Shown here piece after piece: positions 36,601 through 45,938 of a stretch of DNA of 64,000 nt; the stretch's first letter is position 1; every line of letters starts with the position of its first letter. The stretch is from Picochlorum sp. SENEW3 (Eukaryota). The notes under the pieces were generated by a model, which saw nothing but the letters and a program-made list of their open reading frames with translations, made no database searches and had not been told where the DNA came from. The position numbers and the translations under genes are program-made. The stretch is taken from contig CP120454.1 of the NCBI GenBank assembly GCA_034226945.1, forward strand, positions 434,001 to 498,000. Reading direction: 5' to 3'.

Positions 36601-38315
36601 ACGATAGCTACATGTGGATTCACTTCCTCGCCTTCTTCTTCATCCAGTATTATGTTGTCCTCTGGAACAGTCAATGCATCAATGCGCACCTTTCCAGTTG
36701 AGGCTACTGGAAAAGATTCAAGCGGAACTATACAAGCAGGTATTGCAGCTTGCACCAACCTTTCCGAGCATTTCTTATAAAGCAACGAGGGGTCAATGTG
36801 CTCTGGTGTGACCCAGGCCACGAGGGCTTTCTCTCCCATGCGCGGACGCACATCAACCGCTGCTCCAGTGACTCCCTCAACTGATACAAGGAGAGATTCA
36901 ATCTCACCCAACTCTATTCGGACACCCCGTATCTTCACCTGCCTATCTATTCGTCCGTGCAGTTCCAATTCACCATTCTCCATCCAGCTCACGAGATCTC
37001 CAGTTCTGTACGATGTTGCAAAATAGGACTGCACCCAAGTCTCATCAATTTTATCCCTTATCATGTCGAATGCGGGGTTTGACACAAACTTTTCCGCAGT
37101 TTTCTTGGAATCTGATAAATACCCCAAAGCAACTCGAGGGCCGGCCACCAACAACTCACCGCGCACGCCGGCATTTGAGATGACTTTGCCTGTCTCAGGG
37201 TCCACCACACAACAGAACACATTTGGGTCTGGGGGACCAATACTGATACGTGCATCATCTGGCCTCACAAATGAATGCGTCACAGTAAATGTCTCTGTAG
37301 GTCCATATCCATTTATACATCCTCGAGGAGATAAATTTGGGAGAAGGCTATACAATGACGATGCCAAATTTGATGGAAAGTTCTCTCCCATGCACTCCCA
37401 CTCTCTGATTGTAGTTATTGCTCGAGGCATTTTCTCCATCTCACCAACGTATGCCACTGCCAGAGTCGGAAGAGTATGTACAATAGTCACAGAGTGCTTC
37501 ACAACCAAGTCCAACCAATATACCGGGTCGAGGTGACCATGAGGTTTACACATGACCAAAGCTGCACCGGATATAAGAGGCACAAATACTGGGTGCACAT
37601 GAGCATCAAACGATATCGAGTACGACAGCTCAAACACATCCCTATCAGGATCAACGTTTAATCGCTCTGCGTGATTATGCACGGCATCGATCAACCCAAT
37701 ATGAGGGTAGCACACTGGCTTTGGCTCTCCAGTGGTGCCACTGGTAAAGATGATGTACGCTGCCCCATCTTTGCTCCCTCCGTTCTCATCGACTGGCAAC
37801 ATCGCCGCATCTTCCAGACTATCATAAAATCTATCATCAACACGCACATGCTCACACGGATCAGAAGAAGCATTGCAGATATCATGTGCCTCTGATTCCA
37901 GCCCTTTATCAAAAGAAGAAAGAATCAGGGAAAAACCTGCAATTGAGGCACATTTTTTGTGCCTTTCCTTGGGGAAATCTGGATCCAGAGGAACATATAC
38001 ACATCCAGAATGGTGAACAGCCAATATTGTTGCCACAAGTACCGCAGATCTTGGCATATACACGCCAATCCTTGGGCTTGTTGCATCCGCAACTTTTCCC
38101 TTCTTCTGGGACTGCCGCTCTGTTGTCCTGCTCAGTGCCTTCTCAATCAGGCATGAAACTTCCCTTGCTTTTACAGAAATCTGACCATATGAAATCGTTG
38201 AGCCATCCCAATCAATCACACATCGAGCTTTTGGCTTTTGGGTCGCCAGTCGAGCAAACGTGACATGCAGTTGGCACTCCTTCAAACGGTCAGGGCGGAG
38301 GCACAGGCACTCCAT
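30624..38315 (-). CDS. Non-ribosomal peptide synthetase A-T-C-A-T with a Pls/PosA-type membrane terminal region, about 2539 aa (intron 35333-35262)
   Basis: Two complete A domains (FTSGTTGEPK / FTSGSTGKPK, YGPTE / YGPAE, YRTGD / YKTGD, TGK). T domains FFAAGGNS and FFELGGNS. C domain HHAVSD. The GTATGT...CGCAG intron restores PVFQ|VLFQ. Three tail repeats xTP....LG.xV, two with KW..VG.LKPG, plus TM helices and hexapeptide-like runs. Confidence 0.9.
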
Positions 38316-38546
38316 TCTTAGATATCGTATACTAACATGGATGAAGAAATCAAATCGAAGAAATGGTAGCTATGCAGGGAGCGAATCTAAACCCCTTGGG
38401 ATCCTCTTCTTGGATTGTCCCATGGCAAGGTGCGTAACGTAATAATAGCCATCTCAAGATTGGATGAAGTGATCACAACAATGGCAATTACAATCCTCAC
38501 GTGATATCTAAATGGAACAAAATGAGCAAAAAAGAGATACTTTCTA

Positions 38547-40067
38547 CTACAGGTGAATGGAATGAGACTTGAAGGGTTCAGACCCCGAATCTGTACTATT
38601 ATGAGATGCCATTTCATTGATCTGCTCTTTCAAGTTTGCCAGCTCTGCTAGCACTAATTGTTCAAAGGTAAGACCCCGTGGGCGTACAGAAGCTCTCCGA
38701 GGAACACCTCCTTCCTCGCACATCATGTCCCTTTCATGTTGCTGGACAAATCCGTCCTGAATATCGCTCGAGCCATCCACGTATCCCACCGGCGCCCCTT
38801 CATACCGCTGTTCATATATATCTTCATCATTGAGATATCGGTCCTTCTTTGACATTCCTTTACTTACCATTTTTTTCAGGGATCTATGAAGGCGGGACTT
38901 GGGTATCAAGAATGGGAACATGGTCCGGAACCACGCCTTTTCCAACAAGGATGGCTTTGCATACAGCCACAACCTGTACACAATGACGAGAAGAATCCCA
39001 AACCCAACAGCAGATCCTAAAATCACCCATAGGCCTGATACTTCATTCCACGTCACTACTGTATACTTTTCTTCTACATTATCAGTCTTGCATGATGCAA
39101 GCTGGACATCAATGTATTCTTCCTGCAGATTCTCAATCTCCCCTGCTTCAAGTAGCTGTCTCATACGAATATTAAACACATCCATGAATTCCGCATTCTG
39201 CCAGGTCGATCGAGGAAACCCTACGGTCTGATCAAAAACATCGATTTGTGAGCCCACAATCATCGTCTGACAATTATCTGCGTCCAAACTCCTCAGCGCC
39301 GAATCATCCAACACCACCGCAGACACCAATCCATTCACCAAATCCTCAGCCATCTTTCTCTCATCAGCTACATCACCCCACGGGTACGGTACTATTTGCA
39401 CCTTGTACTTGTCTCGCAAGTCCTCTTCATACCCAGACCACGATGCGACAGCCCTCCCCGGCAAATCTTTGACACTACGAATGCTATTATTCAACTGACT
39501 GACTGTCAAATTCGCCGTCAGATTTGCAGAATACAGTGCCATCAGAATGAACACAACAAACGACCACACAAGCCCGCTCTGCAGCGTGGCAACAGAAAAC
39601 CTCAACCCCTTGTCAATCCTCTCCTGCCACGGACCCATACCAGCCGGCGCAATATCACACTCCGTGGTATTCACCAACAAATTCATCATCTCATCCCACT
39701 CCAAACACCGCCACTCGATCATGTCGTACGTCCACCCCATGAGAGGCATCATTGCTTTGAACAGGTCAATCTCATACCCTGACCAATACACTGGATCAAG
39801 CCCCACACAGCGCACAGCAGGCGTCCATTCTGACGTACACACCCTCAATTTAGTATTATTAGGAAACCAGGGAATAGAACCCACTGGGGCAGGAGACACA
39901 TCTTCCTCCTCTGGAGCAGGAGCAGGAGCAGCCGCGGGGTCAGGAGCAGGAGCCTCCCCCTGACCATACACAGCATGCTGTGTACACAACAGAACCAGTA
40001 CTATGAATAGTCTATTCTTCACCATCATGGCAGCCTTAAAGAGCGAATGAGGTACTTTGTTATTCAA
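38547..40067 (-). CDS. Ionotropic glutamate receptor-like protein lacking M1 and the pore loop
   Basis: Signal peptide, S1 (GYEIDLF...ERIDKGLRFS), M3-like LYSANLTANLTV, S2 and M4 (VSGLWVILG). S1 runs straight into M3. Confidence 0.75.
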   Translation of the reverse strand: MNNKVPHSLFKAAMMVKNRLFIVLVLLCTQHAVYGQGEAPAPDPAAAPAPAPEEEDVSPAPVGSIPWFPNNTKLRVCTSEWTPAVRCVGLDPVYWSGYEIDLFKAMMPLMGWTYDMIEWRCLEWDEMMNLLVNTTECDIAPAGMGPWQERIDKGLRFSVATLQSGLVWSFVVFILMALYSANLTANLTVSQLNNSIRSVKDLPGRAVASWSGYEEDLRDKYKVQIVPYPWGDVADERKMAEDLVNGLVSAVVLDDSALRSLDADNCQTMIVGSQIDVFDQTVGFPRSTWQNAEFMDVFNIRMRQLLEAGEIENLQEEYIDVQLASCKTDNVEEKYTVVTWNEVSGLWVILGSAVGFGILLVIVYRLWLYAKPSLLEKAWFRTMFPFLIPKSRLHRSLKKMVSKGMSKKDRYLNDEDIYEQRYEGAPVGYVDGSSDIQDGFVQQHERDMMCEEGGVPRRASVRPRGLTFEQLVLAELANLKEQINEMASHNSTDSGSEPFKSHSIHL

Positions 40068-40398
40068 CCACGACCCTTGTCAAGAGTTCACACGCGCTCT
40101 CTGGGACGCCCTCTATCAACAACCATTCCTCTCGTTTGTACAATTGTAATTATCTGGATGCATATTTTTTTGGCATTGTTTCTAGGTAGCCGACGTGACA
40201 AGGGAACGAACTCATTCCCTCGGTCATGCTGATACCCGTGGTGAGAGAGATGGGCGTGTTTTTTTTTTCAAATGTTTTATTTATTTATTGGCACTCGTGC
40301 CATCCATACCGGTGCTGTCTCCCACACGAATCAATCAAGTATCAAATGAATTTGGATTGCGACTCCTTGAAACATATTGAGGAATAGTGCAGTCTGTC

Positions 40399-41166
40399 AT
40401 GATGGCGAGCACCAGAGCCCTGGGGTACCGTCGCGCATGGCAATCCTCCACAAGGAGACCCAAGAGCCACAACAATACGACTCTTGGTGGTGGCTTCAGT
40501 GGGACGACTCGAGTACAACCGAAAATTGATGGACGTTGTCACGCCCTGGATTCGTATCAGGTGGATTATGAAGCACTCTCGACAGCATCGCCAGTGACAC
40601 TGGTGTCCACACAGAACCAGGTGGTACCAACGGCCCTGTGGAGGGAGGACGAGACTTGCGTGTTTGCCTTGGGAAGGTCCATGGGATGACCTTTCTGCTG
40701 GCAATTGGCGACGCAGCTCGAGCGAGATGTCAAGCCATTGCTGGATGAACAAGGTATTGCCATGTATCTGGGGTCCATTGGTACCCCAGAGAGGGGCATG
40801 GCATTCTGTGATCAAACTGGGTTTTCGAGGGATCGATTACTTGCTGATCCGACCGGGTCTTTGTATCCTCCTTTGACTATGAAAAAGGGAGTCAAGGAGA
40901 CGTTTTTCAGCAAAGAAACGCCCATGGCGATTTGGAGGGATATGCAATCAGGTAGGATTGAAGACTTGAAGCGTGTGATGCAGCGGTGGACCAAGCAAGA
41001 GTTGTGGATTCCTCCGGAACAGGATCAGGCCTTTCAGCAGGGAGGGATGGTGATTTTCAGAGGGAAGGAGACTGTGTGGGTGCACAGAGATGCAGCCACT
41101 GGTGATCATGCGGATTTGGATGAGGTTGTTCGCATTGCCACATCCACCCTCTCGAATGCTGTGTAA
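40399..41166 (+). CDS. SelU/AhpC-TSA (PRXL2-like) redoxin with an in-frame TGA at 40687-40689 (UxxC)
   Basis: ORFs 40387..40689 and 40705..41166 share a frame. The joined protein reads GRSMG*PFCWQLA...LLADP...FQQGG...DHAD and has a transit-peptide-like N-terminus. Confidence 0.85.
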
Positions 41167-41561
41167 ACATCATGATGCAAGGAGAAGAAAAAGAAAAAGA
41201 AGATCTTCTAGATGATGATGATGGGAGTATGACGGCCTTTGCCTTGTCTTTTTTTCCTTCTCCTATTTTTTACCCCCCTTCTTCTTCTCCAGTTGCAGTT
41301 CTGTTTACGTGATTGAGAAGAAGAAAGATAAGAAGAAGGAAAAGAGGCATGGATTGAATGGACTGATAATGAGGACATGAAGATAATGAGATTTGTGTCT
41401 GCCCATCCTCACATGTAAATAATAAAACAAGTATATGTACAGCATATCTGACAAGAAGATACCAGTGTGTATGTGATTATTCTTCTGGATCATCTTGTTG
41501 TGGCATTGTCCTGCTCGTATTATTACTATATTAATTTGTATTCAAGAATAGAAAATATACA

Positions 41562-42950
41562 ATGCTGATTCATGGTCACCATCCAAGATTCACCAGTGTC
41601 GTAGCAACAGCGACAAAAGTCTCGTCCCAAGGCCAATGGAGGGACAAGGCAAAGCCCATCGAATCTGGTAGTATGTATCCAGCCAAGGAGAATTGCTCAT
41701 CCTGTGGGTTATGCGATACCTATTTTGTCAGTCATGTCAAGGAGGCTTGCGCATTCCTTGGAGATTCAAATATCATGACATTAGAAGAGCGAGTTCACGG
41801 TCGACAGAGGGATTTGGATGATCCTGATGAAGTAATATTTGGGGTTATACAGGAAACGTTTAATGCGAGGGTGGATCCACCCATCAAAGGTGCTCAGTGG
41901 ACTGGAGTGGTGACTGGCATTGCTGTTGAAATGTTGACTCAGGGCAAGGTGGATGCGGTTGTGTGTGTGCAGTCTCAAGAGGAGGATGAATTTGCTCCTC
42001 GTCCCTTTGTAGCGACATGTGTTGAGGATATTATCGCTGCCAAGGGGGTGAAGCCGTGTCTGTCACCCAATCTGAATGTTCTTGCTACTGTGGAAGCATT
42101 GGATGTGAGGCGGTTGCTTTTCATCGGTGTAGGGTGTCAGGTGGAGGCGTTGCGTGGTATTCAACCGTATTTGAATGTGGGTGATGTCTATGTTATTGGG
42201 TTGAATTGTACGGATAATGGAGAACGGGAGAGCTTGAACAAGTTTTTGAATGCAGCTTCGGAGGATCCAGATACGGTGACGAATTACGAGTTTATGCCAG
42301 ATTATCGAGTGCATTTGAAGCATCGAGATGGTCATTATGAAAAAGTACCGTACTTTTGCCTTCCTGCGCAGGAATTGAGCGATGTCATTGCGCCTTCCTG
42401 TTTGAGCTGTTTCCAGTATCCAAATGATTTGGCGGATCTCACGGTTGGGTATATGAAAACACCGTATGATTCAAAAACCCCTATGAACGAGCATTTTCAG
42501 AGTGTCCTTGTGAGGAATGAGAGGGGAAGGGAATTGATTGATGCGATTCGATCCGTGTCAAAATTAGAATCTCAACCACCATATGGTCATGAAGGTGTGC
42601 TCAAAAGACAGAGTCTTGTGGTGCAGACTGTGGCGGCGGATGATGAGGCAAAGTGTGGTGAGGGGCCAACAAAGGGAGCGCCGCGATGGTTGGGGGAGGT
42701 GCTCGCATGGGTTCTGTCTGGACTGGGTCCACGTGGGATTGACTTTGCAAAGTATTCAATAGAGTATCATTATCTGAGAAATTATATTCATGTGATGAGG
42801 CACTGGAATGGCAAAGCTGCTGAGAAGCACATTCCAGAGTATGTGTATAGAATTGTCAAGTACTATGATGAGAAGACTGGAGGTCTTATTTCGAAACGAG
42901 CATCATTACAGGCACCATTTCCTGGTGCGAAAACCAAAGTGAAAAAATAA
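41562..42950 (+). CDS. HCAR: 7-hydroxymethyl chlorophyll a reductase (FrhB-like)
   Basis: YPAKENCSSCGLCDT, GAQWTG, GVGCQV, NCTDNG, VPYFCLP and APSCLSCF motifs. Confidence 0.92.
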   Translation: MLIHGHHPRFTSVVATATKVSSQGQWRDKAKPIESGSMYPAKENCSSCGLCDTYFVSHVKEACAFLGDSNIMTLEERVHGRQRDLDDPDEVIFGVIQETFNARVDPPIKGAQWTGVVTGIAVEMLTQGKVDAVVCVQSQEEDEFAPRPFVATCVEDIIAAKGVKPCLSPNLNVLATVEALDVRRLLFIGVGCQVEALRGIQPYLNVGDVYVIGLNCTDNGERESLNKFLNAASEDPDTVTNYEFMPDYRVHLKHRDGHYEKVPYFCLPAQELSDVIAPSCLSCFQYPNDLADLTVGYMKTPYDSKTPMNEHFQSVLVRNERGRELIDAIRSVSKLESQPPYGHEGVLKRQSLVVQTVAADDEAKCGEGPTKGAPRWLGEVLAWVLSGLGPRGIDFAKYSIEYHYLRNYIHVMRHWNGKAAEKHIPEYVYRIVKYYDEKTGGLISKRASLQAPFPGAKTKVKK

Positions 42951-43859
42951 TTATTCATTTTCTGAAGATGTTGTTGCTGCCATAAGTTTTTCTAAATCTT
43001 CTTCGAATCCGGCGTCTTTGAGTTCCAGGGGACCGAGAAACATGCCAAACGGAACTCCACCATACTTGTCCGAGTGATGCATTTGATGTGCCACGACAAC
43101 CTTTCTCAGCATGGGGACCTTGGCGATGGGCCCCACTGGAAATCTTCTATGAACGAGACCATCGTGGACAAACATGTAGGAGATGCCAAAGAGCGTAATG
43201 CCGAGTCCTGTTCCAAAGAAAAGCCCTCCAATCACATCTGGTCTCATAAATCCGTACCAACAGAGTCCTATAGCTGGAGCAGCATTCATCAAGGCATAGA
43301 TATCATTCGCCTCGAATGGTCCCAGGCGTGGCTCATGATGACTTTTATGAATGGCCCATCCGAGATCATTCTCATGCCACATGTATCGATGAACCCAGCG
43401 GGCATACATTTCCATCCCAACCATACCCCCGAGACAGAGAAGAAGCGTACCACACAATTCTTCATATGGAAAATCTTCACCATGATCGAGATGCCACGAT
43501 ATTCTATAATATGTCGCACATATTGCTAGGAAAATCACCAATGTACTTGCAGCGACAGCTGCAAACTGATATGTAGCCCTTTCTCTGAGCCTCTGTTGTC
43601 GTCTCACCCGTCGCTGGTCGTCCAACTCCACTGATGTCGTCGAATTTTCTTTTCCCGTTGCAGTCATCTTCTGCTTGTTCCCGCAATGTGCAGATGTACT
43701 CTTCATCACACTAGTAGATGCCCACCGAGAGATGGATGGAGATGCCCACAAGCTCCTCCTCGGAGGAGGAGGCTGGTGCCCCAGAACCAAGAGGGGTGCA
43801 CGTGCACCTCTCCTGCATACAGGCATCGACGCCATTGCCGTCTTAGACAATGCCTCCAT
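42951..43859 (-). CDS. CHYB: Non-heme di-iron beta-carotene 3-hydroxylase
   Basis: His boxes HRYMWH, HKSHH, HDGLVHRRFP and HQMHH; GPFEAND. Confidence 0.95.
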   Translation of the reverse strand: MEALSKTAMASMPVCRRGARAPLLVLGHQPPPPRRSLWASPSISRWASTSVMKSTSAHCGNKQKMTATGKENSTTSVELDDQRRVRRQQRLRERATYQFAAVAASTLVIFLAICATYYRISWHLDHGEDFPYEELCGTLLLCLGGMVGMEMYARWVHRYMWHENDLGWAIHKSHHEPRLGPFEANDIYALMNAAPAIGLCWYGFMRPDVIGGLFFGTGLGITLFGISYMFVHDGLVHRRFPVGPIAKVPMLRKVVVAHQMHHSDKYGGVPFGMFLGPLELKDAGFEEDLEKLMAATTSSENE

Positions 43860-44083
43860 GGCGTCAATGTGTAATAAAATACAATGTATAATTAAATAAT
43901 GTAATCAGAATGCGCTGCCACAGATGAAGAAGATGAACAAAATGGGACCACATGATCTCTGCTGATGATGAGATCTAGATCTCTTCATAAAGAGATCTGT
44001 AAGTGAAGAGATCCATCGTTCATTCGTTACATAAAACGACTTCCTTCGTACGTTTTCATTCTGGATTCTATTTTTGAATTAGG

Positions 44084-45757
44084 TTGAAAGTAAATATGGC
44101 ATATCGGTTGGTAACGTATCACCAGGATATGCTCATGTCTCGAGCGGTTGTGAGACAATTATCGATTGGGTCTAAAAACAAACGGTATCACTCTGGTTCA
44201 ATACAGAGAGTGTCATGTATGACAAATGACTGGTATGGATATGCGAGGAAAATGCACCTGAATCCAAGGGTGGGGCTGTCGTATGGGTCTGGTCTGTGTA
44301 CACAAGAGGACAGGGGTTGGCCTCTGGTTGCAACACGACACGTGCCCTCACGTTGTGGTGAGAGAATGCTGAGAATGGCATCCTCCTCTATCGGTGACGA
44401 TGACGGTGGTTCTTCTTCTTCCGCTTCTTCTTCTTCTTCTTCTGGTGGTGATGTTTCTTCTTCTCCTTCTTCTCCCTCTCCTGGTGTGACAGGTGGGGGT
44501 CCAAAGTCTCCTCCAGAAGGCTTTGCAACCTTGGAACGGGTTATTCAACAAAGAATGGGTGGAGGCGAAGGCAAGCAGTGGAATGAAGTGGATGGCTGCT
44601 GGGTGCTGTACCCTCCAGAGTCGGATCAAGGCCGTGATATGAGCAAGGTGTCTTGTTTAGTGCATTTTGTGGGGGGTGCGTTTGTGGGGGCTGCTCCACA
44701 GGTGGCATATAAGAGGATTCTCGAAGGATTGGCTGCTAGAGGGGCACTGGTGGTCGCAACACCATATGCGACGGGATTTGACCATCTTCGGACAGTGGAT
44801 GAAGTTTATTTCAAATACTCTCGCTGTGTGAAATCCCTGGGTCCAGGTATCCAAATGTTGCCAACGTATGGTTTGGGACACAGTCTTGGGTCTCTCATCC
44901 AAGTATTGGTATGCTCTAGATATGTAGTGCCTCGAGCGGGCAACATTCTGATGAGCTTCAACAATAGACCTGCAACAGATTCCATTCCATTTCTGTCCCC
45001 ATTTATTGCACCATCTGCAAGAGCATTAGGCCCTATATTATCCCAATTAGCAACGTCTCCGTTACGATCAGGTGTGGAGCAGTGGATTGATATATTCAAG
45101 GGAGCTTCACCCGAGACATTCCGTCAGGTATTGCCATTATTGGAGCAGCTCACGCCAATCTACTTGGATGTTGCAAATGGGACTGAAGAATTCACCCCTC
45201 CTCCAGAGGAGACGAGAAAGATGATAAAGGATGGGTATGCTATTAATAAGAATCTGTTGTTAAAATTCTCGGACGATTCCATCGACGAGACTCCAGTTCT
45301 TGCAAGTGTCCTGCAAAGCTCGCCACTGTGGAACCAAGGTTCTTTGGAATTGATGGTGAAATCTTTACCCGGAGACCACGCAAGGCCTATGCAGCAAGAT
45401 TTGAGCGAATTTTCACCTGAATTTGCTGAATTCACCTCTCAGAGACTCTCAGAATCAGAGACATTTTGGAACTCTGTTGGCTCTCTTGCAGAACAAGCAA
45501 CAGGTCTTCCCCCCATTGCCAAGGAACAGTTGACTGGACTCGCAAAGACAGCATCCAGTATGACATCCATGTTTGGTGATGCTGTAGGGGCGTCTCCTCG
45601 TCGCTCAGGAGAGGAAAAGCAAGCACTGTCCATGGATGCCCTGGTGGATGAAATTGGGTCTTGGATGGGGCTGGCATCACAAGAACAAACAGAACCGCGA
45701 GCTTTGCCATCGCCATCTGAGAGCAGTAGCAATAATAGTCCGTTGTCCAGTCCCTAG
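44084..45757 (+). CDS. DUF1350-like alpha/beta-hydrolase-fold plastid protein (start uncertain)
   Basis: VHFVGGAFVGAAPQ, GLGHSLG, MSFNN, LLKFSDDSIDET and LPGDHARP motifs. Confidence 0.8.
   Translation: MKVNMAYRLVTYHQDMLMSRAVVRQLSIGSKNKRYHSGSIQRVSCMTNDWYGYARKMHLNPRVGLSYGSGLCTQEDRGWPLVATRHVPSRCGERMLRMASSSIGDDDGGSSSSASSSSSSGGDVSSSPSSPSPGVTGGGPKSPPEGFATLERVIQQRMGGGEGKQWNEVDGCWVLYPPESDQGRDMSKVSCLVHFVGGAFVGAAPQVAYKRILEGLAARGALVVATPYATGFDHLRTVDEVYFKYSRCVKSLGPGIQMLPTYGLGHSLGSLIQVLVCSRYVVPRAGNILMSFNNRPATDSIPFLSPFIAPSARALGPILSQLATSPLRSGVEQWIDIFKGASPETFRQVLPLLEQLTPIYLDVANGTEEFTPPPEETRKMIKDGYAINKNLLLKFSDDSIDETPVLASVLQSSPLWNQGSLELMVKSLPGDHARPMQQDLSEFSPEFAEFTSQRLSESETFWNSVGSLAEQATGLPPIAKEQLTGLAKTASSMTSMFGDAVGASPRRSGEEKQALSMDALVDEIGSWMGLASQEQTEPRALPSPSESSSNNSPLSSP
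44410..44475. repeat. (TCT)n coding microsatellite (poly-Ser)
   Basis: Interrupted TCT runs inside the DUF1350 ORF. Confidence 0.85.
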
Positions 45758-45938
45758 GATGCAATGCGGTGCACACGAAACAATATTTTCTTTTCCAACA
45801 CATCACATGATATAGCAGCTGTAACCATTAAAAATCGATCAGCAATCTCAACCACCCCTCACATTGTCTCATCACCAAATACCTACCTTGCCACAACAAT
45901 AGCTACAGCATTCTCCAATTTTGAATTTAGGATATACC

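Noticed and set aside
40387..41166. Pseudogene or two small genes
   Set aside because: The single stop sits exactly at the catalytic Cys position with intact coding sequence on both sides, so recoding is the simpler reading.
41369..41415. AUGA-GGACAUGAA...UUUGUGUCU hairpin as a SECIS
   Set aside because: It has a stem and an AA but lacks the 3' GA needed for the non-Watson-Crick quartet.
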